DNA of 64,000 bases from Octopus sinensis (lineage: Eukaryota). Position 1 is the stretch's first letter. Every line of letters begins with the position of its first letter. The stretch covers positions 50,096,001-50,160,000 of the forward strand of contig NC_043005.1 in NCBI RefSeq assembly GCF_006345805.1. The letters are read 5' to 3'. A model generated the notes under the pieces. The model saw only the letters and a program-made list of their open reading frames with translations. It was not told the DNA's origin and searched no databases. This document shows positions 13,804-25,758 of the stretch, one piece after another. The position numbers and the translations under genes were made by a program.

Positions 13804-13890
13804 AAACCCTGATGAGGCTTACATATAAGGGAATTGAATTGTTTATATATCAAACAATGTATATAAGTCGAAACGAATTGTTGGCTGTTT
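13804..13890 (+). ncRNA. Hammerhead motif with canonical core and long branched stem II
   Basis: cc CTGATGA GGCTTACAT...ATATAAGTC GAA AC gaatt GT T gg. An internal hairpin attgttt/aaacaat lies inside stem II. Stem I is short (2 bp). Confidence 0.55.
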
Positions 13891-13979
13891 TGGTTTTTTA
13901 AATAATTGTTTATGTTATATTATATTGTATTCATAGTATATTAATTATGTTATATTATAAAATAAATAAATTATTGGAT

Positions 13980-14280
13980 TCGAGCGAGGTCGTAGCCAGT
14001 GCCGCTGGACTGGCTCCTGTGCAGGTGGCACATAAAAGGCACCATTTTGAGCATGGCCGTTGCCAGTACCACCTGACTGGCCCTCATGCCAGTGGCATGT
14101 AAAAAGCACCCACTACACTCTCGGAGTGGTTGGCATTAGGAAGGGCATCCAGCTGTAGAAATTCTGCCAGATCAGATTGGAATCTGGTGCAGCCATCTGG
14201 TTCGCCAGACCTCAGTCAAATCATCCAACCCATGCAAGCATGGAAAGTGGACGTTAAACAATGATGATGATGATGATGAT
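13980..14280 (+). mobile_element. SINE family B (taggaagggcatccagctgtagaa core; RTE-like tail gcatggaaagyggacgttaaa(c/t)gatgatgat)
   Basis: Approximate other copies: 1110-1275(+), 7440-7660(+), 14430-14562(-), 18440-18690(+), 23800-24190(+), 27730-27960(-), 33310-33430(+), 50370-50440(-), 54380-54700(+), 62040-62490(+). Confidence 0.85.
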
Positions 14281-14549
14281 TGTCATTTGTATCTCTCTGT
14301 TTAATTTATTTTTTGTAAATTGCATTACATCCATATTTATGTGGTATTCAACCTATGTGCCAGTGAATTAGATGTTTTACACACCCCTTTGAAGGGATTT
14401 TTTCTTTTGTTTGTTACCTTATATTTATATATCATCATCGTCATCATTTAACGTCCGTTTTCCGCGAGAGCACGGGTTGGACAGTTCGGCCGGGGTCTGG
14501 GAAGCCAGGGCTGCACCAGGTTCCAGTCTGATCTGGCAGTGTTTCTACA

Positions 14550-14576
14550 GCTGGATGCCTTCATATTATATATATA

Positions 14577-14618
<42 letters not shown>

Positions 14619-15074
14619 TATATATGTGTGTCATACGTGCGTATACATATATATGGTATATATATCATGTATATATGATATATATAAGTGTGTGTGTGTG
14701 TGTGTGTGCATGTGTATACACATATACATGTGATGGACTCTCTTGTTGAAGACAATGTATGAGCGTTCAGCTTTTTGCTGAACAACCTGCAGAAATGAGT
14801 TCTTTATAGTGATTGGATGTTTGTGATGCACGTTAGCTTCTCACACTCCCCACCAAATCGACTTTGTTGAAACAGGCGTTGAAGTGATTGCAGAGCAACA
14901 TGAGATGAAGTGATTTGCTCAACAGCACAATGCACCACTTGGTCTAGGAGCTGAAACCAAAATGTTGCAATTGTGAGTGCAATACCCTAAACCGCTAGGC
15001 CATACACCCTCCTGTGCATACATGGATACATACATATAAACATGCATACATATGTGTGTATATATATATATATT

Positions 15075-15114
<40 letters not shown>

Positions 15115-15140
15115 ATATTATATATACACACCAACACTTC

Positions 15141-15183
<43 letters not shown>

Positions 15184-15664
15184 TATATATATGTATGTGT
15201 GATACGTGCGTATACATATATATGGTATATATATCATGTATATATGATATATAAGTGTGTGTGTTGTGTGTGTGCATGTGTATACACATATACATGTGAT
15301 GGACTCTCTTGTTGAAGACAATGTATGAGCGTTCAGCTTTTTGCTGAACAACCTGCAGAAATGAGTTCTTTAAGTGATTGGATGTTTGTGATGCACGTTA
15401 GCTTCTCACACACTCCCCACCAAATCGACTTTGTTGAAACAGGCGTTGAAGTGATTGCAGAGCAACATGAGATGAAGTGTTTGCTCAACAGCACAATGCA
15501 CCACTTGGTGGTCTAGGAGCTGAAACCAAATTTTGCAATGTGAGTGCAATACCCTAAACCGCTAGCCATACACCCTCCTGTGCATACATGGATACATACA
15601 TATAAACATGCATACATATGTGTGTATATATATATATATAATATATATATTATATCTATATCTA

Positions 15665-15680
<16 letters not shown>
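14550..15680. repeat. ~566-bp tandem duplication bounded by (AT)n
   Basis: gatggactctcttgttgaagac occurs at 14732 and 15298. The copies differ mainly by 1-3 nt indels. Confidence 0.9.
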
Positions 15681-15706
<26 letters not shown>

Positions 15707-15856
15707 TATATATCTATATATATATATATATATTACACACACACACACTCATAATATATATATATAATATATATATATATATTATCACCATGTTGATTCG
15801 CTAGCTTCTGCACGCATTTTTTTCTCTCCTGTTTCTCTCCGTGTTTTTTTCTGTGT

Positions 15857-15896
15857 ATCTTTCTGTTGAAGAGTGTAGGCTCGAAACATAAAAGAT
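15857..15896 (+). ncRNA. Minimal hammerhead motif, same family as 48785
   Basis: atcttt CTGTTGA A GAG tgtagg CTC GAA ACAT A aaagat. Stem I is a perfect 6 bp; stem III is CpG-decayed. Confidence 0.65.
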
Positions 15897-15990
15897 TGTT
15901 TTATTTATATTCCTGAGTGCCATACTAATACAATCGTTTGTTTGTATTCCACCTGCCTTCGTCTTTTGTTTATTTTCATAAAGCTTCCCG

Positions 15991-16031
<41 letters not shown>

Positions 16032-16032
16032 C

Positions 16033-17270
16033 CAGGTCATTAAGAATGAAATGTCCAATTTTAAACCGAAAGTTTCTTTTACTTTATCTTAACAAAAAGC
16101 AATGCAGTTAATCAAAGTATGCACCTAAATTATCAATACAATTTTGCCATTTTATCTGTAGCTTATTTATACCTGCAGCGAAGAATTCTGGAGAGCAAGA
16201 GGTGATGAAATCATGAAAAGCTGTTTTTGCATCTTCTTCAGATTTGAATTTTTTTCCTTGCAAAAAGTTGTCTAATGCCTGGAAAACATGATATTCAGTT
16301 GGTGCAAGGTCTGGTGAATATGGTGAATGGCAGAGTACTTCCAAGTTCAGTTCCTGTAACTTGAGTAGTGTTCTTTGTGCAACATGTGGTTGAGCATTGT
16401 CTTGCAAGAGAATTAGCCTGTCTCTATTGACCAATTTTGGTTGTTTAATTGCAAGTTCACTCATCATTTCATCTAATTGGGTGATGTATACATCCACTGT
16501 AATTGACTTACCAGGTTGCATGAAGCTATAATGGATGACACCAGCACTGGACCACCAAACAGACACCATTAGCTTTTTTTGGTGAATATTCTTTTTTGGA
16601 TTGTGCATTGGCACTTTGTCTTTATCCAACCACTGTGGAAAATGTTTACTATTGTTCAGAAGAATCCAGTTTTCATCACACGTAGGCAATACAATGCAAA
16701 CATGGTTTGAACAGCAGATTTCAAGACAACGTGTCATTTGATGCTCGTTCAGTTCATGTGGTACCCACTTGTCCAGTTTCTTTACCTTGCTGATTTGTTT
16801 CAGATGGTCCAATACAGTTGGAATGGAAATATCAACCCTTGCTGCTAACTCACATGTAGTTTGAGATCTATCTGCTTCCACTAGAGTTTCCAGCTCATCA
16901 TTATCCACCTTAGTCTCAGGTCTACCACGGGACTGATTTTCAAGAGTAAAGTCACCAGACTGGTACTTCTCAAACCATCGACGTACAGTGCGCTTATTCG
17001 CCACATTTTCACCAAAAACCTCATTGATGTTTTGAGTTGTTTGGGATGCATTGCTTCCATAATGAAACTCATATTCATAAACAACATGAATATTTGATCT
17101 GTCCATGGGTTAACAAAAATTGATTTACAAGAGAAAACTCACAATATAATCAGACACCATGAATTGCATTTTGAAAAGTGATGATGTAACTCTTCAGGAT
17201 AAAACATTAGAGTTAATGACTGTCAAACTTGGTGCATAAGAAAATTGGACATTTCATTCTTGGTGACCTG
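16033..17270 (-). mobile_element. Mariner DNA transposon (Hsmar1/cecropia-like), near full length
   Basis: 30-bp TIRs: caggtcattaagaatgaaatgtccaatttt (16033-16062) matches the reverse complement of 17241-17270 with 2 mismatches. TA lies at 16030-16031. The element encloses a transposase ORF. Confidence 0.95.
16108..17106 (-). pseudogene. Mariner transposase ORF, 332 aa, open but probably catalytically dead (no SET domain; not SETMAR)
   Basis: Motifs WVPHEL, TCDENWI, LQDNAQPH and YSPDLAPTEY are present. The third catalytic D is E (D,D34E), and a short frameshifted or deleted segment precedes TCDE. Confidence 0.85.
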
Positions 17271-17347
17271 CAAAATGTGACCTCGTGTGTACCGTTGGCG
17301 ATTTTTTTCCCTCTGTCTTCCCTTCTCTGGATCTTTCCTTCTCCTAT

Positions 17348-17382
17348 GTTTCCAACGAAGAGCTCCGCTCGAAACGTTAAAC
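17348..17382 (+). ncRNA. Minimal hammerhead motif, second family
   Basis: gttt CCAACGA A GAGC tcc GCTC GAA ACGT T aaac. Stems I, II and III are intact; the core differs from CUGANGA at two positions. Confidence 0.6.
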
Positions 17383-17488
17383 CCTCCTTCTTTCCTTAGC
17401 ATCCAATAATACTATATTTGTTCCACGTCTTCGCGTTGTTGTGGTTTTTTTGTGTTTTCTTGTTTGGATTAACTATTATAATATATAT

Positions 17489-17525
<37 letters not shown>

Positions 17526-17798
17526 TTAAACAGGGGGGGGCAAAATCATGCATGAATACATTTGACCTTTTTTATTATTTTATATGTTATTACTATTATC
17601 ATTTTTCATTTGTTCATCATGTACGAGTATGTGTGTAATTCATCATTATTTATTTTATTCAATTTCAGCAAAATTGAAGCATGTCTTTAACAATTCTGAA
17701 TTTTACTGAACTTATTTTGTATACAACTTTTGGTCCATTCTGTATATATATATTATATATATATATATATATATAATATATATATATATTTCTGTGTT

Positions 17799-17837
17799 CC
17801 TTTCTATGGAAGAGGATAGGCTTGAAATGTTAAAGAC
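17799..17837 (+). ncRNA. Degenerate hammerhead motif (48785 family)
   Basis: cttt CTATGGA A GAG gatagg CTT GAA ATGT T aaagac. Confidence 0.45.
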
Positions 17838-17948
17838 TTTTTACTTCCTGAGCATTATACTAATACATCTGTTTGTTGTCTACACCACTTGTCTTCGTCT
17901 TTTGTTTTTTTGTGAATTCTCCCTATATGTGTGTGTGTGTGTGTGTGT

Positions 17949-17990
<42 letters not shown>

Positions 17991-18343
17991 TGTGTGTGTG
18001 TGTGTGAACGTATTAGTAAAGCTTCGACATGTAAAAAATGACTGCAGCTGCTAATAGAATAAGCATCATCTGCTCAAAAGACAACTGACAAACAGGGTTG
18101 TTCTCAGTCTGAAAAACGGTAACATATAATATAATTTCAATCAGGAAGCCCTGGGTGGCTGTATCTAAGAAGATTTGTGGTTTTATTACATTATACAAAC
18201 ATACATATTTATATATATATAAATCTCTCTCTATATATATATACACACACACCACACCACAGACACATATATATAATTGAAATTTACAGAAAAACAAAAG
18301 ACGAAGACAGGTGTATTAGTTTGATGCTTGGGGAGGTGAGAAC

Positions 18344-18382
18344 GTCTTTTATATTTTGAGCCTATGCTCTTCAACAAAAAGG
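18344..18382 (-). ncRNA. Degenerate hammerhead motif (48785 family)
   Basis: The reverse complement reads tttt TGTTGA A GAG catagg CTC AAA ATAT A aaaagac. Confidence 0.45.
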
Positions 18383-19933
18383 AATAAGAGAAAACAAACA
18401 GAGAGAGAATAAAAGAACTTTTGGAGTTAGTGGTCATATAGTTCTGTGAGCTGCATGATAACCTTAATAGTGCAGGTGGCATGAAAAATGCATCAAGTAC
18501 ACATTGTAAAGTGGTTGATGTTAGGAAGGGCATCCAGCTATTGAAGTCGTGCCAAAGCAGACACTGGAGCATGATGGAATTCTTGGACTCAGCACACCCT
18601 GTCAAACCAGCCAACACATGTCAGCATTCACACACACACACATCCATACAGCCACGTGAGCATAGAAAATGGATGTTAAATGATGATGAAAATAATGATA
18701 TATATATATACATATCTATATGCTTGCAAATATATACATATATACACGTGTGTGTGTGAGTGTGTATATATATATATACATACATACATATGTATGTGTG
18801 TGTATGTACATATATATACATGTATATATGAGGATATTATTGTTTATGATAATATCAGTGGCTTAGCATGTGTAAAAAAAATTGAGCAGTAAAAAATTAT
18901 CAATTAATAATTAAGGATACTAACGTGAAAACTTGTGGCTTGGTCATTTTGACTGCTATTTTAGCATGCCAGTACTGCTTGTTTGTACCCTTAATTATTT
19001 ATATATATATATATATATATGTACATACACACACAAGCACAGACACACACAGTAAGAGAGGAAGAGGTTACAATATACAACATTAAAATATACATATACA
19101 AGAATAAATATGAATGTGTGCATGTGTGAAGAGATATAGAAGATAATATTGGATATCAATCATCTGCAATACAAAGAGCATTTGTTGTTACTATGTTATA
19201 TGGAATTAATCAATATATTACATCTGTAATTAATTGATGGTTAAACAGTATTATTGTTACTGATAATATATATTTATTGCCAGTATGCAAATGAGGAATT
19301 GGTTTAATTTGATTATATTTTTATTTAATGAATATTTTAAGTTTAGAAAATTAGTATTCATTTCATTGTTTTTTATATAAAACAGTATGAAATTTGATGT
19401 TACCAATACAGTACCTATGTAACTGTATGCGATATTATTAACCTACAGTGATAAAATAGGTTCCTAACATCATCTGTCACATGACAGGAACGATTTCATC
19501 ATCATCATCATCGTTTTGCTTCAGTCTTAGGACTCTAGCAATGCTGCGTCACTGCTTTTAAGAGTTTAGTCAAACAAATCAATCCTAGTAATCGTTTTTT
19601 TATGTTTGGTACTTATCCTATTGACTTCTTTTGCTGAACCACGGAGTTATGGAGAGATAAACAAACCAACACTGGTTGTCAAGTGGAGGAATTGGAGGAA
19701 AACATAAATGCAAACACACACACACACAATGGGATTCCATACTGTTTCTATCTACCAAATCCACTCAAAAGGTACTGGCCAGTCTGGGATTATAGTAGAA
19801 GACACTTGCCCAAGGTGGCACACAGTGACACCAGACCCAAAGCCACTTGGTTGCAGAACAAACTTCTTAACCACACATCTAAACTTAATACAGTTCTATA
19901 TTCAAGAGATGAGGAATTATGTGCATTATTTAT

Positions 19934-20180
19934 GGGCATATGGCATAGTGGTTAAGAGTGCGGGCTACTAGCCCCAAGATTCCGAGTTCGATTCCAGGCA
20001 GTGACCTGAATAACAACAACAACAATATTGAAAAATACCTTAGGAATGAGAACCCAGGTTCGAAATTTCCCCAAGACACCTCATGAAGGCTGGAGGGTAT
20101 ATCAGCTGAAACATTGTGTTAGCAACAAACAAGATGAGGACAAATATCCATCAAGTGTAAATAATGTAAATAATGTACAT
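19934..20180 (+). mobile_element. tRNA-headed SINE with a hammerhead-ribozyme 3' half
   Basis: A box TGGCATAGTGG (19941-19951), B box GAGTTCGATTCC (19984-19995), hammerhead-like fold at 20075-20120 and a short tandem tail (tgtaaataa)x2. Confidence 0.75.
20075..20120 (+). ncRNA. Type I hammerhead motif within the SINE (this copy mutated)
   Basis: gacac CTCATGA A GGCTG gagggtatat CAGCT GAA ACAT T gtgtt. Stem I is gacac/gtgtt and stem II is 5 bp. The core has G5->C. Confidence 0.7.
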
Positions 20181-21262
20181 CTAAACTTGTACTTGTGATG
20201 AAATTTTCGACATATTAAGAAATAAATGAAAATGATCTCAAATTTTCTGTAAATTCTTAAATGATAAAAATGACTTTTCTATGATGTAATTGTTTCACAT
20301 CCTGCAGAGAGTCTCAGATCAAGGCAGTTGTACAACTTGGAAGTATGTTACTGTTATCGACAATAATAATCTTATATTCTTTATCTTTTATATTGATATT
20401 TCAAATTAATGTTATCTTGTGGAAGGAAAAGACAATAAGGAATTCTGAGTTTGTTTGTTGGGTGTTGTTGTTGTTGTTGTTGTTGCTGTTGTTGTCGTTT
20501 TGTGTCTTATCTTTTATCTTTCACTTGTTTTTAGTCATTGGACTGCAACCATGCTGTGGCACTGCCTTGAAGTGAAATGTTTAGTTGAACAAACTGCCAC
20601 CAGTACATTTTATTCTGCTTTTTTTTTTTTAACTTGATGTTTATTCTATCAATTTTTTATGCTGAAATGCTAAGGACAGGAGTGGCTGTGTGGTAAGTAG
20701 CTTGCTTACCAACCACATGGTTCAGGATTCAGTCCCACTGCATGGCACCTTGGGTAAGTGTCTTCTACTATAGCCTCAAGCTGACCAGAAGGAAACTGAA
20801 AGAAGCCCATCGTATATATGTATATATATATAGATATATATATATAATATGTGTGTGTTTGTGTGTCTGTGTTTGTCCCCCCAACACTGCTTGACAACCG
20901 ATGCTGGTGTGTTTACGTCTCCGTAACTTAGTGGTTCGGCAAAAAAGACCAATAGAATAAGTACTGGGCTTACAAAGAATAAGTCCTGGGGTCGATTTGC
21001 TCGACTAAAGGTGGTGCTCCATCATGGCCACAGTCAAGTAAAAGAAACAAGTAAAAGAGTAAACTAACAACAGATGTCAGGCAGCAGTGTAAGACAAAAC
21101 AGACAAACACACACACACACAATTCTGCCAGCTGCTGTGAGGACTTTATGACTTTGATAGTAGGTCTGTTTGATCAGACTTAAGGCTAAACAACAATTGC
21201 AACAGCAAATTCCTCAAGTATTTCCTTATTTAGTTGCTTGTCAGACATATCAAGGCTATTAA

Positions 21263-21484
21263 CCCTTTTGTTACTGTATTTATTTTGAGATGCTCTGTGT
21301 TTCTTTCAATTAATTTTAAATATGACAAAGAATTTAGTAAACTAACTTAGTTACCATTAAGCTAGTGTTAGGAACATAAATTGTGACTAAGGTTCGGTGG
21401 AAGATTTTAATTCAAAACTTATGAAAACAACACATTTGTAATACAGAGCCAGAGACGGTTTCAGCCAGGTTGGTATCGAAAGGG
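21263..21484. mobile_element. piggyBac-like MITE (222 bp); degenerate relative at ~54895-55105
   Basis: TTAA at 21259-21262 and 21485-21488. The ends are cccttttgttac / gtatcgaaaggg. Confidence 0.75.
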
Positions 21485-21929
21485 TTAACAGAGACATCCA
21501 GTGATGCCTGAGTATTATATTGAAGTAACATGTGACAAATGAGTTTATACTTCACTTTGTACTAAAACCTTTAATTATTTCCTTATTTCATAACTTGTCT
21601 ATCATATTAATGTTATGTCCATTCATCTATAAATGTTTGATTGTCACATCAATTCTCAATCTCAAATTTATACTGTATATAGGGGCAGGTATGGCTGTGT
21701 GGTAAGAAGTTTGCTTCCCAACCACAAGGTTCCAGGTTCAGTCCCAATGTGTTGCACCTTGTACATATGTCTTCTACTATAGCCTTAGGCTGACCAAACC
21801 CTTATGAGTGAATTTGGGGGAAGGAAACCAAAAGAAACTCATTGTACATATGCATACCTACATATATACATACACACACACACACACACACATACATACA
21901 CACACACACACATACATACATACATACAT

Positions 21930-21960
<31 letters not shown>

Positions 21961-22664
21961 TTTATATATTTATATATCTGTGTGTGTTTGCGTGTGTGTG
22001 TCTATGTGTCTGTGCTTGTTCTCCCTGCTTGACAACTTGTATTGGTTTGTTTATGTCCCTGTAAATTAGCAGTTCAGTAAAGAGAAACTGATAGAATAAG
22101 TGTACCAGGCTTAAAAAATAAATAAGTACTAAATTGACTAAAAAGTATTCATTAAAGTAGTGCCCCAGCATGGCCACAGTATATATACCAATAAAAGATA
22201 GAAAATGAAAGAATCAAACTATCTTCACAATGTAATAATCATATCAAACTGAATGGTGTCTAAGTAAGATGTCTATATGTTGTGTTATGTGTGTGTGTTG
22301 TTCTGTGTATGAGTATTGTGTTGTGTTATGTAAGTATTCTTGTCCCTAGTATGTTGTGCGTTGTCTTTATGTTGTACTATCAGGTGACTTTTAAGCTAGC
22401 TCTTGTAGAGGGCTCTTCATTGGGCCTTGGCCCCAATAATGACACTTCATGCATTGAGTACATATTAAATTTTATCAAACTTGACCGATATTTTTCAAGC
22501 AATGAAGAATTTTTGTCAATACAATGATATAATTTGTTGATTTGAAACTTATTCCAAAGGTTCATGATAAACAACATTTTTTGTCTTTCTATTGGAATTT
22601 TTTTCTGTCTAACCTCTCTCTCTCTCTTTCTCTTTGTTTTTCAACTATCAGTAACACCAATACC

Positions 22665-22889
22665 TATTTCTTTATTACCCACAAGGGGCTAAACACAGAG
22701 GGGACAAACAAGGACAGACATAGGTATTAAGTCGATTACATCGACCCCAGTGCGTAACTGGTACTTAATTTATCGACCCCGAAAGGATGAAAGGCAAAGT
22801 CGACCTCGGCAGAATTTGAACTCAGAACGTAACGACAGGCGAAATACCGCTAAGCCTTTCGCCCGAGGTGCTAACGTCTCTGCCAGCTC
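22665..22889 (-). mobile_element. SINE family C (gagctggcagaaacgttagc...cctttcatcctttcggggtcgataaattaagtaccag...gtgggtaataaagaaata), young copy with 23-bp TSD
   Basis: The TSD caactatcagtaacaccaatacc is at 22642-22664 and 22926-22948. Confidence 0.9.
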
Positions 22890-23185
22890 GTCTGTATTTG
22901 TTCCTCACCACCACTTGACAAACACCAACTATCAGTAACACCAATACCACTACCATCTTCACCACAACTGCCATACACACACCATTCAGATTTCTGACAC
23001 CACCACTATCAACACCTTTGACTTTACCATTTTCCCCTCCACCATCATTACCACTGTCTTTCACATACATTATTATCACTGTCATGCTTGACGTCCCAGC
23101 TACCACCACCACCACCACCATGTGTGTGAGGGTGTATATATGAGTGTGTGTGTGTTTGTATGTGTGTGTGTATGAGTGTGTGTAT

Positions 23186-23224
<39 letters not shown>

Positions 23225-24332
23225 CACACATGCACGTCTGTATTTGTTCCTCACCACCACTTGACAAACCAGTGTTGGTTTGTTTTTGTCCTTATAACTT
23301 AGCAGTTCAGCAATTGTGACCAATAGAGTAAGTACCAGGCTTAAAAATATTAAGTACTGGGGCTGATTCTTTTGACTAAAATTCTTCAAGGCAATGCTCC
23401 TGCATGGCCACAGTCTAATGACTGAAACAAGTAAAAGAATAAAAGAATTTCTGTGACCAGGTCACAAGTTCAGCTAAAACCAAAAGTAAACAAACAAAAA
23501 AACCCAGGAAAGGAAGAAAAATAGATGAGAATAGACAGAAGAAAGGAAAACTGCCAAGTCTCATGAAACCTTGCCCATAACTGGTTTCCAACAGATGTAG
23601 CAGGACTGTGTCAATGACCAATCAGATTGTGTAGGTGTGATGACGTTTTTGTGTACTTTTCTGAAACAGTAGGACAGGATTAGAGAGAGATTTGACTCTT
23701 AGCTCTAGCAGGTTGAATAACAAAGGATTGAGATACTTGGCACCTAGCCATACTCAAGAAGGCCCCTACTCTGCGACAGAAGCATTAAGACCAATCCTTC
23801 TGGTGGTGTAAATCATGCTGCATAAAAGTTGTGTCACGACAAGCAAAAAATGTCTGTGCAGCATCATGTAAAAGCACCTGTGTGGTGCCATGTAAAAGCG
23901 CCCATGTGGTACGACGTAAAAGTGTGTCCATGTGGGACCACGTAAAAGTGTCTGTGTTGTGTCATGTAAAAGTGCCTTTGTGGGGCCATATTAAAGTGCT
24001 TGTGTAGTACCTAATAAAAGCATTCCGCATACTCTGTAAAGTGGTTGGTGTTAGAAAGGGCATCCAGCTGTAGAAACCATGCCAGATCAGACTAGAGTCT
24101 GGAGTAGCCTCACTGGCTTGCCAGCTCTGGTCAAACTGCCCAACCCATGCCAGCATGGACAACAGATGTTAAATGATAATGACGATGATGAGGATGAAGC
24201 TTCCTTATACGCAACTTGTGCATGTGTTGTGTTTGGTATGTATTTATGCGCTGCAAATATTTTCTATTCATGTCATATGTTATCTGATCTAAGTTTTGTT
24301 AAAGCCAAGGGGTTAATTTTTTTTTGCTTTAA

Positions 24333-24646
24333 CCCATAGAGCCTGTAACGCTGGTATAACAATGGCAATGCTAGGCATGCACATGTTGCAGCACTGGTAA
24401 ATTGCCAAAGGGTCACTAGGTGCAGCATATTTGATTATGCATGTTTTGGCCCTGTTTTAATTGACCAATCATTAGCAAGTATATATAAAGATTTTTACAT
24501 GCTTTATAGCCTATTGACAATGCAGAAATTGTATCATATATAAGTTATGACAATCCCACTTCTAATCCCTGTCAGACCTGAGTAAAAATGGCTCAGAAGC
24601 CCTGGCACAAGATCAAATAGTACCAAGGAGGTTAGGGATGATAGGG
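24333..24646. mobile_element. Possible third piggyBac-like MITE
   Basis: ttaa|cccatag ... gataggg|ttaa, with only a short, imperfect TIR. Confidence 0.4.
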
Positions 24647-25538
24647 TTAAAACTCAATATTCTCTTACTTTCCTTTATCAGCTAGTCTGATCTACACTAT
24701 CTATTTTATCTTGTCTGTTTTAACATTTCAGCTCAATCAAACCATATTTCTATCTATTGCATTAGCCATAAATGGCAATAAAAAAATATTCCACTCCGTA
24801 ACTTTTGTCTTTCTGTATAATGTGTTCTGTGCTAGTTGCTTTTACATAATCTAATTTATTTCTGCATTTAAGATGTTCTGTCGCTTTTTACTTTTTCTTC
24901 ATTTTTAACCACTTACTATCCACATTCTGGAGAATGTGTTTTTAAAATTTTATATTACATCAAGTGAACCGTAACATAATTGGCTAGAGGTTTTAGACAC
25001 TGTATTAGATACTGCAGGTTTACATATTCAAAGAAATGTGGATTGAATTGAATTAAAGCCAAATTATTGCTGGTATCCTTTATCTTTCACGTCTTTCAGT
25101 CTCTAGACTGCAGCCATGCTGGGGCACTGCCTTGAAGAACTTTTAATTGAATCAATTGACCCCAGTACTTTTTTTTTAAAAGCCTGGTACTTGGTCTATC
25201 AGTTGACTTTGCCAAACTGCTACATTCGAGGGACATAAACACACCAACACCAGTAGTCAAGTAGCGATGACACACACACATACATAGGAAGTCATCTTTC
25301 AGTTTCTGTATAACCAAATCCATTCACAAGTCTTTGGTCAGCTACTGAGGCTACATGGCACCTTGCTCAAGGTACCATGTAGTGGGACAGAACCTAGGAT
25401 GATGTGATTGGGAAGCAAGCTTCTTACCACACAACCATGCCTGCACTTATAGATTTTTATCAAACCTGGAGTTGAAAGCAAACTTGGTCTCAGCATTATT
25501 TTAATTCAGAATCAAGTGGAATGAAAGTAAAACCTTAA

Positions 25539-25758
25539 CCCTTTAGCATTCAGATTATTCTGTTGAATATAATGCTTATTTATTCACATTATTTTGAATT
25601 AATCATGCATTATCTTGTAGCTTTAAGATTTCCGTGATGTGTTTGTTTATTTTTAGTATGACATCATAGGATAGGTGTAAGAAACTGGATCTGGCCAGTT
25701 TGAGCAATAAACAAGTAGAATATTTTGACCGGATATGGCCAGTTTAAATGCTAAAGGG
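25539..25758. mobile_element. piggyBac-like MITE (220 bp), second family; degenerate relative at ~62495-62690
   Basis: Perfect ttaa|ccctttagcatt ... aatgctaaaggg|ttaa. Confidence 0.85.

Noticed and set aside
16108-17106. SETMAR histone methyltransferase call
   Set aside because: There is no SET domain and the ORF sits between TIRs, so it is a transposon copy.
23820-24030. CRISPR-like periodic repeats
   Set aside because: The context is eukaryotic, the units are contiguous without unique spacers, and they lie inside a SINE.
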